From: Candidatus Gastranaerophilales bacterium | Lineage (GTDB): Bacteria; Cyanobacteriota; Vampirovibrionia; Gastranaerophilales; Gastranaerophilaceae | Length of the DNA stretch: 23,413 bases | Assembly (NCBI GenBank): GCA_944326655.1 | Contig: CALVEX010000159.1 | Location: forward strand, 1 to 23,413 | Direction of reading: 5' to 3' | Shown: positions 8,250 through 15,317 of the stretch, one piece after another | Layout of the letters: the number at the start of each line of letters is the position of its first letter | How positions within the stretch are numbered: the first letter of the stretch is position 1 | Notes under the pieces: model-generated | Told to the model about the DNA's origin: nothing | The model's input: only the letters and a program-made list of their open reading frames with translations | Database searches by the model: none | Made by a program: the position numbers and the translations under genes

Positions 8250-9902
8250 TTAATATGATACAAGCGATTTTGCAAATTCCATAGACTGCTTGTTAATCTC
8301 TCCGCCGGCAAGTTCCGCTAATGCCTTAATTCTGTTTTCTCCGTTCAAAACATATACTTCTACTTTTGTTTCATCGCTTTGAGATTTTCTGACGTAAAAA
8401 TGTTTGTCCGCCCGCGATGCAATTATCGGCTGGTGCGTAATTAATATTATCTGATGATATTTAGAAAGCTCTGCTATTTCATCAGCAACGCTTTGTGATG
8501 CTTTACCTGAAATCCCTGTATCGATTTCATCAAAAATTACGGTATTTATATCATCGCTTTGTGCAAAAATTGATTTTATTGCAAGCATTACGCGGGAAAT
8601 TTCTCCGCCTGACGCAACTTTTGCAAGCGGTTTTAAATCCTCTGATACATTTGTTGATATCAAAAATTCAACATTATCAATTCCGTCAGTATTTAATTCT
8701 TTCGGCTGAACAGAAATTTCAAATCTTGCTTTCGGAAGCTCCAGTTTTTCAAGTTTTTCCTGAATTAACACAGATAAGACCTGTGCATAATTTTTTCTGT
8801 TTTCGCTGATTTCTGACGCGGATTTTTCCAATTCAGCCCGTGTGAGTTTAATTTTTTCTTCTAATTCTTCAATATTTTGTGTTGAAAACTCTATTGCATT
8901 TAACTCTTTTGACAGATTGTCAAAAGTTTCCATTATTGATTGAAGCGTTCCGCCGTATTTGCGTTTAAGCTTATCCAGTAAAAATAATCTTTCCTGAATT
9001 TGGTTTAGTCTTTCGGTGTCATTATCAAGATTTTGGCTGTAATTTCTAAGCTCACTGCCTATATCTCTTAAGTTTTCTACTGTTTCTATTAAATTTTGTT
9101 CAATTTCTTCAAGCTTTGTATCGTATGATGCCGCTTTTGATACATTTTGTTTAATTTTTCCGAGAGCTTCAAGAATTGAACCCTCGTCGCCGTTAATTGC
9201 CCAGTATGAAGTGCCTGTCAGTTCTTTTAATTTTTCGGCATTTTCTAAAACTTCAAGTTCTTTTATAAGTTCTTCATCTTCACAGTCCGATGTTATATTT
9301 GCGCTTTCTATTTCGTTTACCTGAAATTGTAAAAATTCAATCTGGCTTTCTGTTGCATTGGAGGCTGTTTTTAAACTCTCTAATTGAGATTGAAGATGCT
9401 GGTATTCTTTAAATTTCTCTTTGTATGTATTAAGTTTTTCGCCGTAGGAGTCTTTTGCGTAGTTGTCTAAAAGCGTAATATGGTATTTAGGCTGCATAAA
9501 AGCATAGGTCTGGTGCTGGGAATGTATATCAAGAAAATAGTTTTTAAGCTGTTTTATAAATTCCTGATTAACCAGAGTCCCGTTTACTCTTGAACGGACT
9601 GAATTTTGCGTAATTTCTTTTGACAGGACAATTTCTGTGCCGAAATTGTCAACACCGTTTTCTTCAAATAACCGGCTCAGGTCATGTCTGGTATTTTCGA
9701 TTACAAGTTCAATAACGGCTTTTTCTTTCCCATGCTTTATCACTTCTTTTGAAACACGTGGGGCAAAAGCAATATCTATTGCGTTAATCAGTATGCTTTT
9801 ACCCGCACCTGTTTCGCCTGTTATGACATTTAGGCCTTTATCAAAATTAGCTGTTAATTCATCAATCAGTATATAGTCTTTTATCCTGAGCTGTTTTATC
9901 AT
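8250..9902 (-). CDS. recN: DNA repair protein RecN (SMC-like ATPase).
   Basis: N-terminal Walker A (VITGETGAGKSILINAIDIAF), long coiled-coil middle and C-terminal signature/Walker B (GGEISRVMLAIKSIF...VIFDEIDTGISG). Start taken at the ATG (MIKQLRIK...) that aligns with RecN N-termini. The track ORF begins 6 codons earlier at a TTG. Confidence 0.9.
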   Translation of the reverse strand: MIKQLRIKDYILIDELTANFDKGLNVITGETGAGKSILINAIDIAFAPRVSKEVIKHGKEKAVIELVIENTRHDLSRLFEENGVDNFGTEIVLSKEITQNSVRSRVNGTLVNQEFIKQLKNYFLDIHSQHQTYAFMQPKYHITLLDNYAKDSYGEKLNTYKEKFKEYQHLQSQLESLKTASNATESQIEFLQFQVNEIESANITSDCEDEELIKELEVLENAEKLKELTGTSYWAINGDEGSILEALGKIKQNVSKAASYDTKLEEIEQNLIETVENLRDIGSELRNYSQNLDNDTERLNQIQERLFLLDKLKRKYGGTLQSIMETFDNLSKELNAIEFSTQNIEELEEKIKLTRAELEKSASEISENRKNYAQVLSVLIQEKLEKLELPKARFEISVQPKELNTDGIDNVEFLISTNVSEDLKPLAKVASGGEISRVMLAIKSIFAQSDDINTVIFDEIDTGISGKASQSVADEIAELSKYHQIILITHQPIIASRADKHFYVRKSQSDETKVEVYVLNGENRIKALAELAGGEINKQSMEFAKSLVSY

Positions 9903-9941
9903 ATTTATAGCATAAAACAATATTAAATTTTGGGCAATAGT

Positions 9942-11177
9942 TTAAAAAGGGTAATCATCTTTTATCTGCCATCCGTCACGCATAATTTTTGCAGCGCATG
10001 TGTATCCGCCGGATACTGCTTTAGCGTTGCAAGCCCAGGATGCTGTACTATTAATAGTGTTATCAGGCCAATCGTATCCGTAAGGTTTTAACATTTTGTC
10101 AGCCAGAATAAAGAAAAACAAATCCTTTCCTGCAACATTTGGTCCTTTATCAGAACCATTTATATCAATAAAAAATGCTGCATTATTTATTGATGTTGAA
10201 TAGAGTCCAATACAGACACCGTCTACGGTTTTAAAAGATGCAGTCCCCGGATTTATGGGGGAGGAGAGCCAGACTCCTGTCAACCATTCATACTGTGTAT
10301 TTTCATAAAACATTTTCCCGTTATAACACATATTTTCTGCATAGTCTCCGGGCGGATATGTTTTATCAATTTTAAATTCCGGTGCCAAATAATTATTAAC
10401 TATTTTTTCGGGGGAATTCCAATCCTGCCAGTTTTCCATTTCTCCATGTTTAATTTCTGCCATTATAATGGCCTGATTTGTCAGTGTGTAAGCTCGTTTT
10501 AATTTTGTAACAGTTTCATCCTTTTGATGTTTTGTAATTAATGTTGGTAAAGTCATCGCCGCAACCACGCCGATTATGCCGAGGGTGATTAGGACTTCTG
10601 CGAGTGTAAATGCGGCTCGACGTTGACCGTTCAGCAGGACTACGCGCGTAGCGCCATCTGCGATGGTAAAGGTAGCAAGTTTTTTCTTAAGTGAAGAAGT
10701 TAATAAGTCAATAGGTGAATAAGTTCGTTTCAGGGAATTGATATAGTCCCCTCTCCCCGGCGAATTGACCTTCGCGCGGGAGAGTACTCTTATACTCTTC
10801 CCTCTCCCCCTGCGGGAGAGGGTTAGGGTGAGGGGTGTTTGTTTGAAACCCATCCTAACCTTCCCTAATAAGGGAAGGAATTCTATGTCCCCTCCCTTGA
10901 GGGGAGGGGAATACAAGGGGAGGGTGATGCTCTTAAGTGAATAAGTTAATAGGTCAATAAGTGAATAAGTTCTTATCGGCAGCGTACCGCTGCAAAAGAT
11001 TACCGAGGAAATTTCACTATTATGCGATTGCGACGGTCGTTTCACACGCTGGCAATGACACGTATCTTGTGAGCTTTGCTCACAGATACCGGCATACCTT
11101 ATTACCCTCCTATCTTCCGATCTTCCATTAATGGCCTGCCCTCCTGCCTTCTTGAACTCTTGCCTTCTGTTTGTCAC
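9942..11177 (-). CDS. Prepilin-type (type IV pilin-like / pseudopilin-like) protein, paralog 1. The class-III signal motif AAFTLAEVLITLGIIGVVAAMTLP lies at codon ~189 of an open frame that starts at GTG 11177. The C-terminal ~220 aa globular part has the DINGSDKGPNVAGKDLFFF motif. The true 5' end is unresolved (see findings).
   Basis: Canonical FTLxE + hydrophobic helix. There is no in-frame ATG/GTG/TTG within 60 codons upstream of the motif. The frame stays open for ~188 codons back to a GTG whose UG overlaps the UGA stop of an RBS-equipped upstream ORF. Paralogous to 14013..15209. Confidence 0.6.
   Translation of the reverse strand: MTNRRQEFKKAGGQAINGRSEDRRVIRYAGICEQSSQDTCHCQRVKRPSQSHNSEISSVIFCSGTLPIRTYSLIDLLTYSLKSITLPLYSPPLKGGDIEFLPLLGKVRMGFKQTPLTLTLSRRGRGKSIRVLSRAKVNSPGRGDYINSLKRTYSPIDLLTSSLKKKLATFTIADGATRVVLLNGQRRAAFTLAEVLITLGIIGVVAAMTLPTLITKHQKDETVTKLKRAYTLTNQAIIMAEIKHGEMENWQDWNSPEKIVNNYLAPEFKIDKTYPPGDYAENMCYNGKMFYENTQYEWLTGVWLSSPINPGTASFKTVDGVCIGLYSTSINNAAFFIDINGSDKGPNVAGKDLFFFILADKMLKPYGYDWPDNTINSTASWACNAKAVSGGYTCAAKIMRDGWQIKDDYPF
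10688..11170 (-). repeat. Conserved hairpin-rich upstream cassette of pilin paralog 1 (shared with paralog 2 and partly with 23001..23330). It contains four polypyrimidine-loop-polypurine hairpins (10749-10785, 10800-10822, 10859-10878, 10889-10908) bracketed by a ~45-bp direct repeat (10690-10735 and 10925-10972, cttaagtgaataagttaataggtcaataagtgaataagttc). It also contains the palindrome TGTGAGCTTTGCTCACA (11068-11084).
   Basis: Direct sequence comparison with 14750-15205 (modules are nearly identical, with mosaic indels). Confidence 0.75.
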
Positions 11178-11221
11178 GCTTTCGGGGGGGGGGCGATTCT
11201 CAGCTTCTTATCTTTAACCAT
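11174..11221 (-). CDS. Upstream ORF of pilin paralog 1 encoding MVKDKKLRIAPPPKA (15 codons). It contains the C10 tract (encoding APPP). Its UGA stop overlaps the GUG start of the long pilin frame (gcGUGAca).
   Basis: AAGAGGAG-N7-ATG on the minus strand. The 10-G tract is confirmed independently by the plus-strand track ORF 11076..11297 (..CHAFGGGAILSF..). One extra C fuses this ATG in frame with the 9942..11177 frame. Confidence 0.5.
   Translation of the reverse strand: MVKDKKLRIAPPPKA
11184..11193. repeat. Homopolymeric G10 (C10 on the sense strand) inside the upstream ORF of pilin paralog 1. Candidate phase-variation tract.
   Basis: ttc + 10 g + cgatt, read directly from the sequence. Confidence 0.8.
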
Positions 11222-11255
11222 AACAAAACTCCTCTTAATTTCCAATAACATTTTT

Positions 11256-11284
11256 ATTATTTATGATTTTTCAGGTTTTGTCAA
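11256..11284 (-). promoter_or_regulatory. Sigma70-like promoter for pilin paralog 1 (TTGACA-N17-AATAAT), ~55 nt upstream of the upstream-ORF ATG.
   Basis: Minus strand reads tatTGACAaaacctgaaaaatcataAATAATaaaaatg. A perfect -35 hexamer. Confidence 0.45.
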
Positions 11285-11375
11285 TACGAATAATTAATTA
11301 AAAATTAATTTCAATGACTTTTGAAAAAATAACGTTAAAATGAAAATATAAGTTATTTGAAATGGAGTTTTAATT

Positions 11376-14012
11376 ATGCCTAATTTTGAAAAGTTTACTA
11401 ATTATTCTCAGGAACTTTTGAATTCTGCAGGTGCAATTATGCAAGAACACAGAAATTCCGAGATGCAGCCCGAGCATATAATGCTTGCTATGATTAAGGA
11501 CAGCGGTGCGATAAAAGATTATTTGACCGAGTTAAAACTTTTAAATCAAGGTTTTATAGATAAAATTGTTTCCGTTGTTAATTCTTTCCCGACAATATCC
11601 GGGCCGCCTTCCGGGCAGGTATTTTTGTCTACCCAGACTTACAGACTGTTAGATTTGGCAGGTCAGCAGGCAGAAGAATTTAAGGATGAATTTATAAGCG
11701 CTGAATCAATCCTGCTTGCTATGACACGATTAGATAACAGCCCTATACAACTATTGTTGAAAAATTACAATGTTGATTCAAATAAAGTTTTAAATGTAAT
11801 GAAAAAAATAAGAGGTAATAAGAAAGTGGATAATAAAAATGCTGAAGAAAATATGAAAGCACTTGAAAAATATTCAACTGATTTAACAGCTCTTGCAAGA
11901 AAGGGAAAATTAGACCCTGTAATAGGCAGAGATGAAGAAGTCAGAAGAATTATTCAGGTATTAAACAGAAGAACAAAAAACAATCCTGTTTTGATAGGTG
12001 AGCCGGGAGTCGGTAAAACTGCAATAGTTGAAGGACTTGCCCAGCGTATTGTGCGCGGTGATGTTCCTGAAAGTTTAAAAGATGTTAAACTTGTTTCTCT
12101 TGATATGGGAGCACTTGTTGCAGGGGCTAAGTTCAGAGGCGAGTTTGAAGAACGTTTAAAAGCAGTATTGAAAGAGGTTGAAGATTCAAACGGCGAAATT
12201 GTAATGTTTATTGATGAGTTGCATACAGTTGTTGGTGCAGGTGCAACAGAAGGTTCAATGGATGCAGGAAACCTCTTGAAACCAATGCTTGCCCGTGGTG
12301 TTTTGAGAACAATCGGTGCTACAACAATTAATGAATATCGTAAATATATAGAAAAAGACCCTGCTTTGGAAAGACGTTTCCAGCCTGTTATGGTTGGTGA
12401 GCCCTCTGTGGAGGATACAATTTCTATCCTCAGAGGTTTAAAAGAAAAATATGAAGTTCACCATGGTATAAGAATTTTAGACAGTGCATTAATTGCTGCT
12501 GCAAAATTGTCTGACAGATATATAACTGACAGATTTCTCCCAGATAAAGCAATTGATTTGATTGATGAGGCCGCATCATCTTTGCGTATCGAAATAGATT
12601 CTATGCCCGAAGAAATTGATAAAATGATGCGTCAGAAAATCCAGCTTGAAATTGAAAGAGAAGCCCTTAAAAAAGAGGTTGACCCCTCCCCGAAATCTGA
12701 GATTTCGACCCTCCCTCAAGGGGAGGGTACTACAGAAACCAAAATTGCAGACCTTACTAAACATATAACAGATTTAGAGGGCAAAATTTCAAAATTAAAA
12801 GCTCAATGGGAACAAGAAAAGGCTTCAATTACAGGTGAAGCAGGTATTAAAGAAGAAATCGAAAAAGTTAAAAATAAAATTGAAGAGGCAGAACGGAATA
12901 CCGATTTGCAGACAGCTGCTGAACTTAAATATGGCAGACTGCTTGAGCTTGAAAAGCAATTAAAGGCTGTGCAGAATAAAGAAAAAACAGATAATAAATT
13001 GCTTAAAGAAGAAATAGACGATGAAGACATTGCAAATGTTGTAAGTAAATGGACGGGAATTCCGGTTAATAAACTCGTAGAAAGTGAAAAGCAAAAACTT
13101 CTTAATATGGAAGAAATATTGCATAAGCGTCTTGTCGGTCAGGAAGAAGCTGTTGATACGGTTGCAGATGCTATCCGTCGTGCGCGTTCAGGCCTAAAAG
13201 ACCCGAAACGCCCGATAGGTACCTTCTTATTCTTAGGGCCTACAGGGGTTGGAAAAACAGAGCTTGCAAAATCTCTTGCGGAATTTATGTTTAACGATGA
13301 AGATGCGCTTATACGTATTGATATGTCCGAGTATATGGAAAAACATAACGTTTCTAGATTAGTCGGTGCTCCTCCGGGATATGTCGGCTATGATGAAGGC
13401 GGTCAGTTGACTGAGGCTGTCAGACGTAAACCTTATTCGGTTGTTCTTTTTGATGAAATTGAAAAGGCTCATCCGGATGTATTCAATATTATGCTTCAAA
13501 TCTTTGATGATGGGCGATTAACTGATTCAAAGGGAAGAACTGTTGATTTTAAAAATACATTAATCATTATGACATCAAACATCGGAAGCGACATAATCCT
13601 TGAAAATACTTTAAATTCTCTGGGTTCAAAGCAGAATTTTGAGGATACTAAAGAAAAAGTTCTTGAAGTTTTGAGAAGCAGGTTTAAACCCGAATTTTTA
13701 AACAGAATAGATGAAACGATATTCTTTAGAGCCTTGAATATGCAGGATTTAACAAAAATTGTCGATATTCAAATGGAGTATTTAAGAAAATTGTTAAAAG
13801 ATCAGGAAATCGACTTTGAAATAACTGATGATGCCAAAGAATTTCTTGCAACCCGCGGCTTTAACCCTGTTTACGGTGCAAGACCATTAAAACGTGTCAT
13901 AAGACAGTTAATTGAAAACCCGTTATCAAAACAAATTTTGGCCCAGAAATTCCTGCGCGGCGACAAGGTTATCATTGATGTTGATAACGATGAAATTGTT
14001 TTCAAAAAATAA
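11376..14012 (+). CDS. clpB: Chaperone ClpB (Hsp100/AAA+ disaggregase), 878 aa, carrying an in-frame ~16-aa insertion in the M-domain.
   Basis: Both AAA+ modules ([37 protein letters not shown]), the M-domain coiled coil and the C-terminal [10 protein letters not shown] motif. Collinear with E. coli ClpB except for the extra [17 protein letters not shown] segment. Confidence 0.95.
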   Translation: MPNFEKFTNYSQELLNSAGAIMQEHRNSEMQPEHIMLAMIKDSGAIKDYLTELKLLNQGFIDKIVSVVNSFPTISGPPSGQVFLSTQTYRLLDLAGQQAEEFKDEFISAESILLAMTRLDNSPIQLLLKNYNVDSNKVLNVMKKIRGNKKVDNKNAEENMKALEKYSTDLTALARKGKLDPVIGRDEEVRRIIQVLNRRTKNNPVLIGEPGVGKTAIVEGLAQRIVRGDVPESLKDVKLVSLDMGALVAGAKFRGEFEERLKAVLKEVEDSNGEIVMFIDELHTVVGAGATEGSMDAGNLLKPMLARGVLRTIGATTINEYRKYIEKDPALERRFQPVMVGEPSVEDTISILRGLKEKYEVHHGIRILDSALIAAAKLSDRYITDRFLPDKAIDLIDEAASSLRIEIDSMPEEIDKMMRQKIQLEIEREALKKEVDPSPKSEISTLPQGEGTTETKIADLTKHITDLEGKISKLKAQWEQEKASITGEAGIKEEIEKVKNKIEEAERNTDLQTAAELKYGRLLELEKQLKAVQNKEKTDNKLLKEEIDDEDIANVVSKWTGIPVNKLVESEKQKLLNMEEILHKRLVGQEEAVDTVADAIRRARSGLKDPKRPIGTFLFLGPTGVGKTELAKSLAEFMFNDEDALIRIDMSEYMEKHNVSRLVGAPPGYVGYDEGGQLTEAVRRKPYSVVLFDEIEKAHPDVFNIMLQIFDDGRLTDSKGRTVDFKNTLIIMTSNIGSDIILENTLNSLGSKQNFEDTKEKVLEVLRSRFKPEFLNRIDETIFFRALNMQDLTKIVDIQMEYLRKLLKDQEIDFEITDDAKEFLATRGFNPVYGARPLKRVIRQLIENPLSKQILAQKFLRGDKVIIDVDNDEIVFKK
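12681..12729 (+). repeat. In-frame palindromic hairpin element inside clpB. It combines cgaaatc-tga-gatttcg with accctccc-tcaag-gggagggt, and belongs to the same CCCTCCC-loop-GGGGAGGG family found in the pilin cassettes.
   Basis: Sequence gacccctccccgaaatctgagatttcgaccctccctcaaggggagggtac. Its reverse complement (gtaccctcccc TTGA gggagggtc) is near-identical to the cassette hairpin gtcccctccc TTGA ggggagggg at 10889-10908 and 14766-14785. Confidence 0.7.
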
Positions 14013-15209
14013 TTACGGATTAATACATTGCCAGTAAGTTTTTGATGTATCTGTTTCACATGTGTTTAAAATTGCCCATTTTGCACATGTGAAACCCTGG
14101 TAATGTTCTTTCTCAGATGTAAAACAGCCCCCAAAGCGTGTATATGGTACTACGTTGTTATTTTTGTCTATGTTGAATGAAAATAAATCGTGTCCCAGAC
14201 GGTTAGGTCCTTTGGCCGGGCCGTTGATATCAATGTGATACCCTCTCGCTCCCCAAGGACTCATAAATATAAGAATACCACTATTAGTTAAAATAGATTT
14301 TTGAGTAAGTGAGTCCGCGTCTATATGTGCATATGTCCCTTTAACAAAAGAGTCATAACTTTTTTCCCTGCGCCCTGTGCAGTCTAAGTAATATTTTGTG
14401 CACAGTTGAGCATTTGGTATATACTTTATAAGTTTGTCTAAATGATTTGAATATGCTGTTCTCATATCAGATTCAGAATTTAAATCTTCATACAGCATCG
14501 GATAATCATTCTGCATAAGCAGATGAGCATTTTGAATTAATGAATAAGCTTTTTTGAACTGTGTTTCCAAAACATGCCGTTTGTAATTTGTAATAACCAC
14601 AGGTAAAGTCATCGCCGCAACCACTCCGATAATTCCGAGGGTGATGAGGACCTCTGCCAATGTAAACGCGGCCTGACGTTGACCATTCGGCATGGCTACG
14701 CGCGTAGCGCACTCAGCCAAAGTGAATGCAGGTATCAACTGAACGCGTTCCATGTCCCCTCCCTTGAGGGGAGGGGAATTCAAGGGGAGGGTGATGCTCT
14801 TAAGTGAATAAGTTAATAAGTCAATAGGTGAATAAGTTCGTTTCGAGAAGGTGTTCTGCCTCTCTTTGGAAAACTCTTGTTCAAATATTTTAAAGTTTAA
14901 TAAATATTGTGGCAGAGGGCGAAAAAGAGGGTTGGGGTGAGGTTCTATTATGTTCTGCGATTGCGACGGTCGTTCCACTCCCTCGCAATGACATGTATTT
15001 TGTGAGCTTTGCTCACCGATTTCAGCATACCCTCCTACCTTCCTATCTTCCAATCTTCCTGAATCAGCCCTCTCTCTAACTATCTCCCGAGGAGAGAAAA
15101 CGCGTTTCAACTTCCTTATACAGGAAAGGAAGTTATTTTTACGCGGGCTCTGCCCGCCGATAATAGCCTGACCTCCTGCCTTCTTGCCCTCCTGACTTCT
15201 TTTTGTCAC
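14013..15209 (-). CDS. Prepilin-type (type IV pilin-like) protein, paralog 2. MPNGQRQAAFTLAEVLITLGIIGVVAAMTLP lies at codon 173, with an in-frame ATG at 14693 just before the motif. The C-terminal part has the DINGPAKGPNRLGHDLFSF motif. The frame is open back to a GTG near 15209 that is coupled to an upstream ORF, as in paralog 1.
   Basis: Same architecture as 9942..11177. The stop codon abuts the clpB stop (convergent, zero spacer). A partial duplicate FTLAE motif (IPAFTLAECATRVAMPNGQRQAAFTLAEV) is present. Confidence 0.65.
   Translation of the reverse strand: MTKRSQEGKKAGGQAIIGGQSPRKNNFLSCIRKLKRVFSPREIVRERADSGRLEDRKVGGYAEIGEQSSQNTCHCEGVERPSQSQNIIEPHPNPLFRPLPQYLLNFKIFEQEFSKERQNTFSKRTYSPIDLLTYSLKSITLPLNSPPLKGGDMERVQLIPAFTLAECATRVAMPNGQRQAAFTLAEVLITLGIIGVVAAMTLPVVITNYKRHVLETQFKKAYSLIQNAHLLMQNDYPMLYEDLNSESDMRTAYSNHLDKLIKYIPNAQLCTKYYLDCTGRREKSYDSFVKGTYAHIDADSLTQKSILTNSGILIFMSPWGARGYHIDINGPAKGPNRLGHDLFSFNIDKNNNVVPYTRFGGCFTSEKEHYQGFTCAKWAILNTCETDTSKTYWQCINP
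14750..15205 (-). repeat. Conserved hairpin-rich upstream cassette of pilin paralog 2. It contains hairpin 14766-14785 (cccctccc-ttga-ggggaggg), hairpins 15083-15095 and 15111-15132, the gaataagt module 14797-14850 and the palindrome TGTGAGCTTTGCTCAC (15001-15016).
   Basis: Module-by-module similarity to 10688-11170. An additional ~140-nt segment is absent from paralog 1. Confidence 0.75.
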
Positions 15210-15253
15210 GCTTTCGGGGGGGGGGCGATTCTCAGCTTCTTATCTTTTTTCAT
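15206..15253 (-). CDS. Upstream ORF of pilin paralog 2 (MKKDKKLRIAPPPKA if the tract is C10). It has the same RBS, poly-C tract and UGA/GUG overlap as paralog 1.
   Basis: AAAAGGAG-N7-ATG on the minus strand. The 3' coordinate depends on the tract length (9 as I read the printed line; 10 implied by the frame of the supplied ORF 14013..15209). Confidence 0.4.
   Translation of the reverse strand: MKKDKKLRIAPPPKA
15217..15225. repeat. Homopolymeric G tract (9-10 nt) inside the upstream ORF of pilin paralog 2.
   Basis: I read gctttc + 9 g + cgatt. The adjacent block reads cctgcccttcttg. The ORF-track translation MTKRSQEGKKAGG requires cctgccttcttg instead, so the G run is most probably 10 and one of my two run counts is off by one. 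Confidence 0.6.
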
Positions 15254-15287
15254 AACAAAACTCCTTTTAATTTCCAATAACATATTT

Positions 15288-15317
15288 ATTATGAGCCAAT
15301 TTAATAGTATTTGTCAA
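15288..15317 (-). promoter_or_regulatory. Sigma70-like promoter for pilin paralog 2 (TTGACA-N18-CATAAT), positionally equivalent to the promoter of paralog 1.
   Basis: Minus strand reads ggaTTGACAaatactattaaattggctCATAATaaatatg. Confidence 0.45.

Noticed and set aside
7046-9876. Plus-strand ORFs 7046..7261, 7677..8003, 8495..8809 and 9637..9876.
   Set aside because: They overlap and run antisense to the SPFH and recN CDSs. Low-complexity translations, no start context.
11076-11297. Plus-strand ORF 11076..11297 (73 aa) crossing the G10 tract.
   Set aside because: Antisense to the pilin cassette, no RBS. Useful only as an independent check that the tract is 10 G (encodes FGGGA).
11222-11375. 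CIRCE/HrcA operator or sigma32 promoter upstream of clpB.
   Set aside because: No TTAGCACTC-N9-GAGTGCTAA-like inverted repeat and no convincing CTTGAAA/CCCCATNT pair. The region is simply AT-rich and shared with the divergent pilin promoter.
12576-13030. Minus-strand ORFs 12576..12764 and 12803..13030 inside clpB.
   Set aside because: Antisense to an unambiguous ClpB CDS. The first one exists only because the palindromic insert reads open on both strands.
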